This document shows, one piece after another, positions 37,772-49,763 of a stretch of 64,000 bases of DNA (its first letter is position 1; each line of letters begins with the position of its first letter). The notes beneath the pieces were generated by a model that made no database searches, was not told the origin of the DNA, and worked only from the letters and a program-made list of their open reading frames with translations. This stretch comes from Antedon mediterranea (lineage: Eukaryota > Animalia > Echinodermata), in contig NC_092677.1 of the NCBI RefSeq assembly GCF_964355755.1, positions 25,035,175-25,099,174 of the forward strand, written 5' to 3'. Both the position numbers and the translations under genes were made by a program.

Positions 37772-40700
37772 ATGGAAGAACCAGCAAAGCAAGTGGTGTT
37801 GACCGAATGTGAAGTAACCTCTGACAGCATTGAAACAGCTGATGGTGCCGAAGTCCTTACATTAGACAGCGCTATTGCACAGTTGGTAGCATCTACTAGT
37901 GAAGAAGTTCAACAAGCTACTGTAGTGGTTGATGCAGCCCAAAGCAACCCCGATGATGCAGAATTTGATCTCGAAGAAGATGGAAATGAGTCAGAAAGAG
38001 AAATACTCTCGACCGAGATTTTGTTTAGATGCAAACTCTGCAACTTCCATGGTACCTCTAAGATGGAAATTGCTGACCACTTCATATCAGATCATACGGC
38101 CATGGAAATGGTTGAATCTTCATCCAAACGTGACACTACAGTAAAGAATGTAGATTGTAATGAAGAGGATGGCGATGGTGGTAAACAAACGCGTAAAAGT
38201 GGTCGTAGCAATGCCGGAATCAACAGAGCTTCTGACAGATCGCCCGAGTCGCTGCCGAAAAAATGTAATCGTAAAAGAAAGAAAACAAGCGATGAAGAAT
38301 CCGCAGATGTTTCAGAAACAATGTATATACAGGGATTCAAAACATTGGATGAATGGGAAGCCAACTGGAGAAAGAAAAATATCATTACAGAGGTCCACTG
38401 CCCTGTTGATTGGTGCACTGGGATGATGCCGGAAGAAGAAGTGGAAATGCATGCCAAATGCCACATTAAAAAACATAAAGGGTTTCAATGTTCTGAATGT
38501 TCTTTTAATCATAAATATTGGAGAGATATGAGGCGCCATCTGTACAGTAAACACTTCAAAGAGCAGCGTTTGTGGCGGTGTGACCAAGCGAATTGCGATT
38601 TAGCTTTCTCTACTCTTGGTGATCTTCGTAAGCACATGAAACACAAACATGTGTTTTCAAACCCAGATGAAATTGTTGTTGTTGGAGAATTGGATCAAGA
38701 CGATAACATAGAAGTAGAGGCCATGCCAGTTGTTAAGAAGTCACGTCGTAACTATTATCCACGGTTCCAAGCCTGCTTGTTGTGTGGAATTAAGTGTAAA
38801 GCCAAGGAGGAGACTACATTCCATGAGGGGAAACATTACGACGACACCAATAAAGACATTTTGGTATGTACCGAATGTGACGTTGTGTTCCACTGTGAAC
38901 AAATAGACGAACTGAAAGAACATGTCAAAATTGAACACAAAAGGATGACGCATTCACATCGTTGCACTGTATGTTTCTTCTCAACAGATCGTCTGTTTGA
39001 TCTAAAAAAACACATGTGGACGCACTCTGGCCAAAAGAACTTTGTCTGCGATAAATGCGGAGCAAGAGCATCAACTGCTTACAACCTGCGTGTACATCAT
39101 AGTCGCATACATGCTAATGAGGACGACAAGAAAATATCTTGCAGTCTTTGTGATTTTCGTTGCGCCCATCCGGCCGTATTGAAGGACCATCTACGCCAAG
39201 TTCATCAACTTCTAGCTAGTGGTAAACTGTATCAACGAATCACGCCAATGAAAACATATAAATGCTCTGTGTGCGATTACGTCGGCAAGAAAGAGAGCAG
39301 TTTGCGGTACCATATGAGGATTCATTCTGAGAATCGGCAGTTCAAATGCATGCTGTGTGCTTATGCTAGTAAAACAAAGAACAACCTTATCCTACACATG
39401 AGAACACACAATGGTATGAGTCCACTTAAGTGCCCTCAATGCGACTTTAGAGGTACAGTATAATATTAATATTGGTTTTTATCTTTAAAATATTTTTTGA
39501 AATTTTTAAGAGTTTTTATCATTTTTATAATTTTTTTATATATACAAATACACATTTACCGTATTGTTCATTTTTTACAAACAAAAATTAGAAAAACATG
39601 TTACATTACAGTATTTACTCGTATTATTCTGCAGTTACTGTAACTACATATTGGTTAATCTTTATTTCTTGCAGTAAAATATTTGACATGATCCCTTTTA
39701 TGTAAGCATTTTTTTATTATTTTGTTTTGTTTCTAATTAACAGGTGCCACAAACAAGATTATTCAAGAACACATGATGAGCAAACACACGCGTGAAAGAC
39801 CTTACAAGTGTACGATATGCGGATGGGACACTTGCTACAGCGGTAATATGTGGAAACACATGGACATGCACCGTAAGAAAATGGGTCTGAAGTTACAAGG
39901 TGAACAACTGGTTCTAGTCAGTGGAGGGAAAGATAACGCAGGCCTTCTCACCAAAGATGGCTGCAGCAAGATAATTGTCGCAAGGTATGAATCTCCGAAA
40001 CTGAAGTTTAGGAAACGAACAAACGCTGCAGCTACGACGTTTTTGATCCAGCAACTTGATGGAACGTTTATCCAGACGTCTGCTGGTGATACTCTAACTA
40101 GTGGCGAAGCAGTGCAGGTGACAACTGTAGACGCTGCGGAAACATCACAAGATGAAATGACTGGTCCTTATAACAAAGTTGCCAATTTGTCCAAGTCTGG
40201 TGAAGACGATGGTGATAATACATCCAGTTTTCCCACAGAATCTGAGGAGCAAACGATGGTTTTAGTCTCTGGTGTCGACTCATCTGGTACACCAACTGAG
40301 ATGACCTATGTTCAGGGTAGCTCACAAGCCGTCACTGCTGCTGACAGTGGTTCTGAAGGTAATGACGCAGGAAGCATTCGGTATGTCTCACAAATTCTTT
40401 CGCAAATGGCTGCACAGATTACACAATCAACTAACAATCCACAAGAAATTGGTTCATCACCATATCTACCAGATGGCCAGGTTCCGACATCGATAACTAT
40501 CCAGTCGGCAGACCAGCTTGAATCTCAACAGCTTGGAGAAGAAGGTACTACAATTCTTGTCCAAAGTGATAACCCGGAGGTCAATGAGGCTGGCATGGTG
40601 ACAATGCAAATACAAGGCGATGGTCAACAATCTTATGTGATACCGGTCAAATTCCAAGAAGGAACTGGCAATTCAGACCAGCAAGAAGTGACCTATGCTA

Positions 40701-41887
40701 CTGTACGTATTAACCAAGACGGGAGACCTGAAGAAGGTACTGTTGTCCATGAAGGGATTGTCACCGGTGACAACCAGACCACCTACATGACCGTTTTGGA
40801 TCAAAGCTCAGAACATCAGCAGCAAGGAACCGGTGATGTGAGTCTCCATGACGCCGATGGTCAAGAGATTCAAACAACGTATATAGTTGAGATGGATGAA
40901 GCTGAAGCTGCCAAGCTTCATGCAGGAGGAATGGCAACAGTTGCCAGTGGAGAGGAGAGCCAAACCGCATACATATCTGTTGAGATTGATGGAGCTACAA
41001 TTTCTGCCGAACACATGAGTGAAAAAGAAAAGGAAATTACTGAGCATCTGAAAGGAGAACTTGCTGAACAATTGACGGAGGAAATGTCTAAGCAGTTGAA
41101 CAAGCCAATAACAGAGCAGCAATTGAATGAGCCAATAACAGAGCAGCAATTGAATGAGCCAATAACACAGCAGCAATTGAATGAGCCAATAACAGAGCAG
41201 CAATTGAATGAGCCAATAACAGAGCAGCAATTGAATGAGCCAATAACAGAGCAGCAATTGAATGAGCCAATAACAGAGCAGCAATTGAATGAGCCAATAA
41301 CAGAGCAGCAATTGAATGAGCCAATAACAGAGCAGCAAATGAATGAGCCAATAACAGAGCAGCAATTGAATGAGCCAATAACAGAGCAGCAAATGAATGA
41401 GCCAATAACAGAGCAGCAATTGAATGAGCCAATAACAGAGCAGCAAATGAATGAGCCAATAACAGAGCAGCAATTGAATGAGCCAATAACAGAGCAGCAA
41501 ATGAATGAGCCAATAACAGAGCAGCAATTGAATGAGCCAATAACAGAGCAGCAATTGAATGAGCCAATAACAGAGCAGCAAATGAATGAGCCAATAACAG
41601 AGCAGCAATTGAATGAGCCAATAACAGAGCAGCAATTGAATGAGCCAATAACAGAGCAGCAATTGAATGAGCCAATAACAGAGCAGCAAATGAATGAGCC
41701 AATAACAGAGCAGCAATTGAATGAGCCAATTACTGAGCAAATGAATGAGCCGGTAAGTGAGCAGTTAAATGAGCCAGTAAGTGAGCAGTTGAATGAGCCA
41801 GTAAGTGAGCAATTGAATGAGCCAGTAAGTGAGCAATTAAATGAACCATTGACAGACGATGCAGGAACAACTGAAGTGGAACTATAA
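37772..41887 (+). CDS. C2H2 zinc-finger protein 1, about 1274 aa, with acidic/Gln-rich C-terminus and 9-aa repeats
   Basis: Exons 37772-39452 and 39744-41887. The phase-1 intron splits the finger CPQCDFR|GATNKIIQEHMMSKH. More than a dozen CxxC...HxxxH fingers with linkers such as HSGQKNFVC and HTRERPYKC. Confidence 0.93.
41099..41850 (+). repeat. Coding minisatellite: 23 x 27 bp (NEPITEQQL/M) followed by about 5 x 24 bp (NEPVSEQL-type)
   Basis: Unit AATGAGCCAATAACAGAGCAGCAA(T/A)TG, read directly from the sequence. Confidence 0.97.
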
Positions 41888-42852
41888 ATTTGCTTTTTAG
41901 TAATCTACTCTATATTGCTATGCTAAATTGAATCAGGTATAGGACAGGAATAGATACTTGTACCATTACCTCTCCCTACATCTGAATTACTGTATTGATG
42001 CAACAGAATCATTTTAATTAACTTAAAAACAAATATATAGTTTCAATAATTTTTGGTGGCTTAAAGAAATACTGTCCTAAAAAAAAAACATTTTTTTAGT
42101 TAAATATGCCATTTTATTGTCACATAATGGTTATTCACTTTGACCAAAAATTATATCAAGAATATTTACAGCCAAAAATTTGTCAGAAAATGGGTTTTTG
42201 CGTAAAAGAAGTTTTATTTTGTCTTTATAATTGAAATTATTCTTTTCCCATTAAAGGTGAATAACTGTACAAAAATCCTACTGAAATGTTGTCAATATAC
42301 TGAATAATTTTGGATATAATAATGATATTCTCTACATTTTTATTTTTTGTGCAGATAAAGAGCACAAAAAATTAATAAAAATGTTTAGTTTTAATTTAAA
42401 TGTTGTGTTCCGCCATCATTATTGCAGTATTTAACATTCAAAATGATGTATCTATTCTGCTTATGAAATAAAACAATGGTTTAAATGTAAATTTGCAATT
42501 TGGTGATTATTTAAAAATTGTTATATTAGCCTCTATTCCTTTGTAACCTTCTACTTGGTGCGCGATCATTGCTCGCGCGAAGAGGATCGGAAAGATATGA
42601 CACGCCAGGACGGACATAACTATGTTAACTTCAAATGAGTTTCACTCTTTGTGATGTATGTATTTGCTGACGCATTGTTAACAGATAGAGACAGAGCGAT
42701 AATGTAAAAACTCTACATCATGATGAGTGATGTGTAAAAATTTGAAATGAGCGATGTGTAAAAATTTGAAATGAGCGATGTGTAAACTTGACATGCGATT
42801 TCAACTTGACATAGTTATGTTTGTCTTGGGGGCCATAATTTTTCATTCGTAA

Positions 42853-43037
42853 TGCTTCTGTCTACACTATCAAACTATTTTGACAACAAAAGTGTAATGT
42901 ACCCAAATATGGTAGTGGTATGACATCAGCACATCGCATTTTTTTTCACATAAATGTGACAAAAACATTTGATGTCACTACCATATATGGGCATATCGCT
43001 ACCATATTTGGGTTGGTTTGATAATGTAGACAAAGCT
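42853..43037. mobile_element. MITE family A copy
   Basis: CTGTCTACACTATCAAACT...GTTTGATAATGTAGACAAAGCT. Confidence 0.75.
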
Positions 43038-44004
43038 TTACAACGCGTTTCACAACGCGTTCAACCCAAAAAACGCCACACAAAATCACACAAAATCATT
43101 TATCACAGAGGGCGGTCTTCAGTTTTGGAAATTTTTTATTTTTTTTAAAAGTTTTTTATATTAAAAAATATATAAAACGTACAATTAAATACCACAATAA
43201 CATTAAATAATATGTTCGCATGTACGCGATAACATTGTATATCATAAAGCGATACCGGGGCTTACCGGGGTCGAGGATTATTATGACCCGTTCTCTCACG
43301 TCCACGGGGCTCTGCTGCCGGGCGTAGATTAATGTAAAGAGTCTGTCGTCGATAAATAAATAAATAAATGTTAACGCATAAAAAAGGTAAATAATATAAG
43401 CCTACTACTTAACTAGCAAGTAGAGCGTTAGATAAATATGCCTTATATAGAGCAGAGTAGTACTCATCTCTTATTGCAGTTTTTAGGGCATTAGTTAGGC
43501 CTAGAAAGAGAGAGGAGTTCTATGCTAGGCCCTATTTTCTGTTTTTGGTGGTGGTGTGGGCGCGGTAACGGGACGATTCGGCCCTGAGACGATTCGGCCC
43601 GGGACGAGAGACGATTCGGCCCTGGAACCGTGTGGACCTCCATTCGTTGTTGACTGGCCATGGAAACTGACTGATGTAGTAGGCAAAGCCTAAGCCTAGC
43701 CATAACTGCATGGTTGGTATCAATACAATTGTGCATTTGCGTTTAATTAAACATTATTAAGCCTAACTTCACTAGCTAGGCCTAGCCTAGATTAAATTAA
43801 TTGATAAATTAATAAGAAAGGCAAACTCATCATAGTTTAACTTTCTTTATGTTTATATATCTTATTTAATTACAGTCAGTACTTTACCATTTCTATACCA
43901 TGATCAATCTGTAGAAGAACAAAGTTAGCATGAATTATCAATCAAATGTTTTTCATCTACTACTTACAGATATATATGTGTGGAACATTTTTTATTGAAC
44001 AAAG

Positions 44005-47000
44005 ATGGACGAGCAAGTAGTACTTAAACTTTCAAGACCACTAAAAGTTACGAAAGACACCTGTATAGCATGTGGTGCAACACAGTGGAAATGCTTCAAC
44101 TCTATTCATTCCGTTCGCAGTAAAAGTAAAAGAATACACCAGTTATTACAACTTTATTGTCATGTAAATATTGCAAGGGGCGGGATGTGCAATCCCTGTG
44201 AGCGAGTGCTTATAAAAATGCATCGTAAAATAGAAAAGTTTCGCAATAGTTGTCACGAAACACTTGCGAAAAACAGACTAGTTACAAAAGAAAACTTATT
44301 AGGAATAGGTATTACTAATAAAAAGAATGAAAAATATGCAAGAGATAACATTGTTTGGCCCGGAAAAGAAAACCTGTTTGTTGCCCTATCGGTTTGTTGT
44401 AACTTACCTTCTGCTCTGCATCATACAATCACAACTGAAAAGTTAAATCATTCATCAGAGTACATCAAAGAGATGGAATTGAACGATGGTTCCATCTGTC
44501 GGAGGGATCATAGCTATGTCAGACATTCCCCACGGATATGTGTGAAAGCAGTGTGTTATGCAAAACCTGTGTTGAATCCATTGACTATTGAAAACCGTAA
44601 GGTGGTACATCCGTTGGCAAGGCTTGCTGCTATGAAAATAAGAGAGATGATGGGGGTAGGTTTACTGGGGTCTGCTAGACTATGCAGGCAAGCAAGTGCA
44701 GATGCCATTAAACCTCAAGATAGAAATTTAAATAAAGCAGATATGAAGATGCAAGCAAACGAGGAAGGATGCAGTGAAAATGGGAAATCTAATTTCAGGT
44801 AGAAAATAACAAATTTGTATTATATTATATAGTTATTAATTAAATGTCTATTACCAAACTGGTATTATTTTATACATTGTGGTTTGGAGGTTGAGATTAC
44901 TTACCAATCCCAGGGTTCCTGGTTCAAATCCTGTATTGCCAGCCAATCGAGTGCCCTATATGTCATAGCCTCATGTGTTGTGACTTGGTTTAGAAAGCTT
45001 AAGGGTTTCCCATTATAGGTATATACCGTTTATGCTCTGGTATATTCCCAGCCACCAATAACATGAAATTGTGCCGACTTTTGGGGGTGGGGGATTATAC
45101 CTGAGGAAACCCTGGAAAAAAATTATTGGTAACCATTTCTTGTAAAAACGCATCAATACTGGGACTGTATACCTGGGGATATTCCTGATTGTGAAACCAG
45201 ACATAAAGTAAGGGCTTATATTAGCCCGAAGTGGGATTATACCCAAGGATATACGGTACATATACAGTATAACACAATCGGCAAAGAACATTAATTCTAA
45301 ACCGCCCGGTGATATTCTGAAACTTAATTATTTAATTTGAAACAATAAGATGAAGAAATCTGTGAGAATGAAAAAAAGTCGCCCCAACCGAGATAGTCAC
45401 ATAACATCGGCAGGGGTTCGAGGCTCACTCACTCCATGGTTCTGGTGTTAGAACGAGTCTTCTCGGATAAGGACTATAAACCGTAGGTCCAGTGTACACA
45501 ACTTGCTCGTGTGCACTTTAAAGAACCTAGTACATCTTTCGAGACGAGTAGGGGGTTACCCCGGTGTATTAGTACATCACAGCCACTGATCACCAACTGG
45601 GCCCTCTGGGAGATCAGTCTTTGACTGAAGAGGTCACCCAGTATAAAGATCAAACAAACAAAAGAATAAATAAAAATCACGAAAAACAATGACTAATAAA
45701 AGAGAATTTTTTTTTTACAGTTGTACATCCGTAAATGAGATTCTAAAAAATGCAGATTGGCTATACAGATGTGATTTGGAAAATAGCAATATAGAAAAAC
45801 GAAAACTTGATATTTGTCAACGCAAAGCAATAAGCAATATTAGAAGGCCTACACGTAGCGATGACCCAAAGCCGAAGAAGTCAAAGAATATAGCAACAAC
45901 TAGTCCTGTCGTAATTAATTCCAAAGATATCATTCTATGGGAATCCGAGTGGAGAAAAAATAATGCTAGTGTTTACTACACATGCCCGGTAGCTAACTGT
46001 TCGGAAATGGTTCTTGGCTCCGAGCGCATAATGCACATTGATGCGCACTCTGTGGAAGGTTTTTGCTGTCCATCGTGTCAATTCAAACACGATAAGTGGA
46101 CTACAATGCGTGATCATCTACGCTGCAATCATTCAATGCCGAGTCAACTGTATAATTGCGATCAAGATGGTTGCAACGAGGTGTGCATTTCGTTCAAACA
46201 TTTACGTCAACACATTTTATACGTTCACCAATTTGAAAGCGCTCTGCAATCCGATAAGAACGCTATGAAATGTTTTGATCGGAAAGAGATAGAAGAAGAG
46301 ATGATGTTGAATGAATTGGTTTCCCACGATCTATGTTCTGTTTGCGGTATGGCATGCAAAGTAGAAGATCTACCAAGCCACCAGACAAATCATGCGGTTT
46401 CTGGATGCGCATTGTTAAAATGTTTAGCATGTGATTCTATGGTTTCTGCTGATGAGATTAAAAACCATGTATTGTCAATGCATCGAAAATTAACGTATCT
46501 TTATCAATGCGAAAAGTGTGAATTTTCGTCGCAAACATCTGCGGGTCTTCAACGCCACACAGGTATAAAACATGCGAATACAATTCTTTTAGTATGCGAT
46601 AAATGCGGAAAGGGATTTAAAACGACTTCTGCTTTAAGTGTGCATCATAAACGCGTTCACGCGACGGAAGATGAGAAGACGGTGTTGTGCTCCACCTGCG
46701 GATACCTTTGTGCTCACGAAACCCTCTTGAAAGAACACATCCGCAAAGTGCATAAAAACCCGTCATGGCGCCGTTTTAAATGTCATCTTTGCGAACATTT
46801 CAGTCTGAGAGAGAGTAGTCTACAACGCCATATGCAGATGTATCACAGTCGGGCTAATGACCGGCAGTATAAGTGTTCTTACTGCTCATTTGCTGGAAAA
46901 ACCAAAGACACGTTGGCTCGCCACGAATTGCGACACAAGGGTTCCGCTCCATTTGTTTGCCCTCATTGTAGTTTTAAAAGTAAGTACTAATGTTCTCGAT

Positions 47001-47531
47001 TCATTACTTTGGTTAGTACGCAGCATTCATAATATCCATTTTTATCAGGGACGTGCTTATTGGCACGGTCAACTGTATATGCCCGTGTAATATATTATTT
47101 TCTATCGGCATGATTACATAACTTTCTATCGCCACGGTCGACAATGAGTCTCGTTCTCGTTCTCTATATAACAGAATTAAGGCCCATAGTGCGCTGTATC
47201 GTGCTGGTAATAAAAGCTTTAAATGCACAGCTGATTCTGTCGATATATGCACGATTAAATGTGCTTATATTCTCATCCTCGTTTCAGTGATAATAATAAG
47301 AATAATTTAAATTTAATTTCAGATGCCAAGAAACAAGTAGTTGAGAATCACATTCTTGTGAAACATTCTAATGAAGGATCATACGGTTGTACAATTTGCG
47401 GAGTTGTTTTTGGTTACCATAGCAATCTGCTCTCGCATATGATGCAGCATCAAACGAGTGGCAACATCGACGAGAGTTCAGAACAAATAGTTTCAAATGA
47501 ACAGCAAGACAGGTTGTACTTTCAACTTTGA
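44005..47531 (+). CDS. C2H2 zinc-finger protein 2, about 753 aa; paralog of gene 1 with an N-terminal ZAD-like C4 domain
   Basis: Exons 44005-44798, 45721-46979 and 47323-47531 (2262 nt, open). The finger array aligns with gene 1 (CPV.xC...H...H; CDKCG...L.VHH.R.HA.ED.K; C..C.(Y/F)A.KTK..L..H) and has the same phase-1 intron in CPHCSFK|NAKKQVVENHILVKH. The 3' end could instead splice at 47512. Confidence 0.88.
45403..45670 (+). mobile_element. tRNA-derived SINE with Deu-like central domain (5'-truncated)
   Basis: B-box-like GGTTCGAGGC, then CGGATAAGGACTATAAACCGTAGGTCC...GCACTTTAAAGAACC...GAGTAGGGGG resembling the DeuSINE domain, then an A-rich tail. Confidence 0.7.
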
Positions 47532-47675
47532 TTTGTAGTTTTGTGGAAAACTTTTATTTCGGGGTAGAGAAAGGACAGCATGAACGTGAAATCGACAGTT
47601 CTGATATTGAACAAAACGGTGTACACTTTGTTTATGCATTAATCACTGTCACCGAAATGACCTTCACATCGCTTA

Positions 47676-47818
47676 AACTCTGTCTACACTACAAACTAGT
47701 TTGACAAAAAAAGTGTGATGTTACCCAAATATGGTAGTGATATGACTTCATCATGTCCATATATGGGCACATCACATTTTTTTTTTGTCACATACAGATT
47801 GATAGTGTAGACAAAGCT
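47676..47818. mobile_element. MITE family A copy
   Basis: CTCTGTCTACACTACAAACTAGTTTGAC...TTGATAGTGTAGACAAAGCT. Confidence 0.8.
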
Positions 47819-48172
47819 TTAGCAAAACTCTTGTTTACACAGTTTACTTGTGTTTTTCTAATCGATGGTATATTTTTTATTGTAGCGGTAGTTTTATGCA
47901 TGTATACAGATAAATGCCGAAGCGTTATTTATTTATATGAATCGGAGCTGTTTATATTAAAAATATAAATCATAAAATAACTTATCTTAATTATAAATAA
48001 TAATTTTTGCCAAATATATTTATAGAAATGTGTAATAGGCCTACAACAGTAGTAGGTGGTACAGTAGAATGATTTTAAATACATTTTTTGTATTCATAAG
48101 ACCTAAAAAATGTGTTTGCTGTCCTCTATCATTGTCCTTAGCAGCCAGCACTAAAAACAACAAACAAACAAT

Positions 48173-49469
48173 ATGGCGGCGCCCAATGATTCGTACATTG
48201 TACAGGGCTACGGAAAACACAAGAAAAACATAATTGAAATTGCATCTTTCCTGAGAAATTTTTACGAAGGAAATGTGCCTGATAATGTTGACAGTCACAG
48301 CGAAACCCGCCCGTGGGAAGAAATGATACATCATGCAATTTACGGGAGAATTTGCACTACTTCAAATGCAGCCAACCAACCTGTCAAGCTGTCTGACCAA
48401 CCGAATCGTAAAACAGCATTTGTGTTTGGGCCTGAAACTGTGTGTTCCACTTTGTTACAGTTCCAGCCATATGAAATGCTTTTACACCTTGGCTTTTTAC
48501 CTGAATACATAAAAGTCAAGGTAAAAAGTGTTCTACCCAGTGTTTTCTAATATGCCAAATAATAAATTAGGCCTACTAGGCTTAGGCCTACTTAGCTAGG
48601 CCTAGTTAATACTATCTAGGCCTACTAGGCTAGGCCCTACCTCCTAGTTAGGCCCATAAATATTAGAGAGGCTAGCCTAGGCCTAGGAGGCCTAGCTAGT
48701 AGTAGGCTACTACAGTAGCTTGGCTAGGCCTATAGGCTATCTATACAGTTAGCCTAGCTAGACGTCTAATAGTATGCCTAGCCTATAATAGAATAAAATA
48801 AGCCATTATAAGCTAGGCCAGGTCTATTATTATGTATGTCAATCAATGGTAGTAGTTACACTACAGTAGGTCTAAACATTAAAGTAACATCACATAAGAG
48901 GCAGCTAAAAGCACACATCGTTTTTTTTAAAAATAATGCTCGTCTGATAATGATAATCTTCATTTCAGGTTGTTGACCAAAAGAAAGCCTTCTGGGTTGT
49001 ACTTCTGTATCCTGATTCAGTCCCACAATGCACTCCGATTCTACCCGCAACGTGGGATGGCGTCTTGAAATTTGTGCGGAGATGCTATCCAGACGCATTC
49101 CAGATAGTCAAACAACATCTCTATATTATGAAAAACAATCCGGTAGAGTTTTTCGAAGCACAAGCAGGATTCAAATTTATTGATGCATTGCATAATCCAG
49201 ACGGACCTAACTTTATGAGTTATGCACGCTTTCGGATGCTTCCCCCACCCCAACTTGAGTGGGAGACCCGATTGTTTTTATACTGTGAAGTCCGGATATT
49301 TGAACTGTTCACAGGGAATGGGTTCACAAAGCGGTCCGATGGTATCCAAGGAGAGAAGGAGTATATTTGCGAGAACTATGAACTGACAATGTTTGGTGAT
49401 GAAAACTGTGTTGCAATTCCGCTGACTGTCTGTATACCGCCCTCTAATGTCGATGACAGCCTGGAATAA
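48173..49469 (+). CDS. Uncharacterised 282-aa globular protein, 2 exons
   Basis: Exons 48173-48520 (AAG|GTAAAA) and 48969-49469 (CATTTCAG|GTT) join in phase 0 with no stop. Good ATG context (AATATGGCG). Protein-like composition with motifs YGR, AFVFG, LGF..EYI, ATWDG, RLFLY and LFTGNGFT....G..GEKEY...N. Confidence 0.85.
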
Positions 49470-49590
49470 ACTATACAGACTTGTTACAGGTAAAATTATT
49501 ATTTAAATTTATTTTGTTTGAAAAGTTATTTAATCTTTTTATTCCACAGCTTTCTAAAAAGGTACACTGATATTGATACAACTATTCTTA

Positions 49591-49763
49591 AGCTCTCCTG
49601 TCTACACTATCAAACTTTACTTAAAAAAAAAAAGTGATGTGCCAAAAAAAACTATATGGTACATATTGATATGCATAAATATGGTAGTGATATGACATCA
49701 TCATGTCCATATATGGGCACACATTTTTTTGTCACATAAAGTTTGATAGGTGTAGATAGAGCT
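49591..49763. mobile_element. MITE family A copy
   Basis: AGCTCTCCTGTCTACACTATCAAACT...AGTTTGATAGGTGTAGATAGAGCT. Confidence 0.8.

Noticed and set aside
40808-41740. Long antisense ORFs (310 aa LLLCYWLIQ and 213 aa AHSIAALLL repeats)
   Set aside because: They are reverse-complement shadows of the 27-bp coding repeat of ZNF gene 1.
44885-44940. tRNA-like fragment (GGTTCAAATCC); similar one at 60525-60590 on the minus strand
   Set aside because: Only B-box/T-arm remnants are present, most likely degraded SINE heads, with no cloverleaf.
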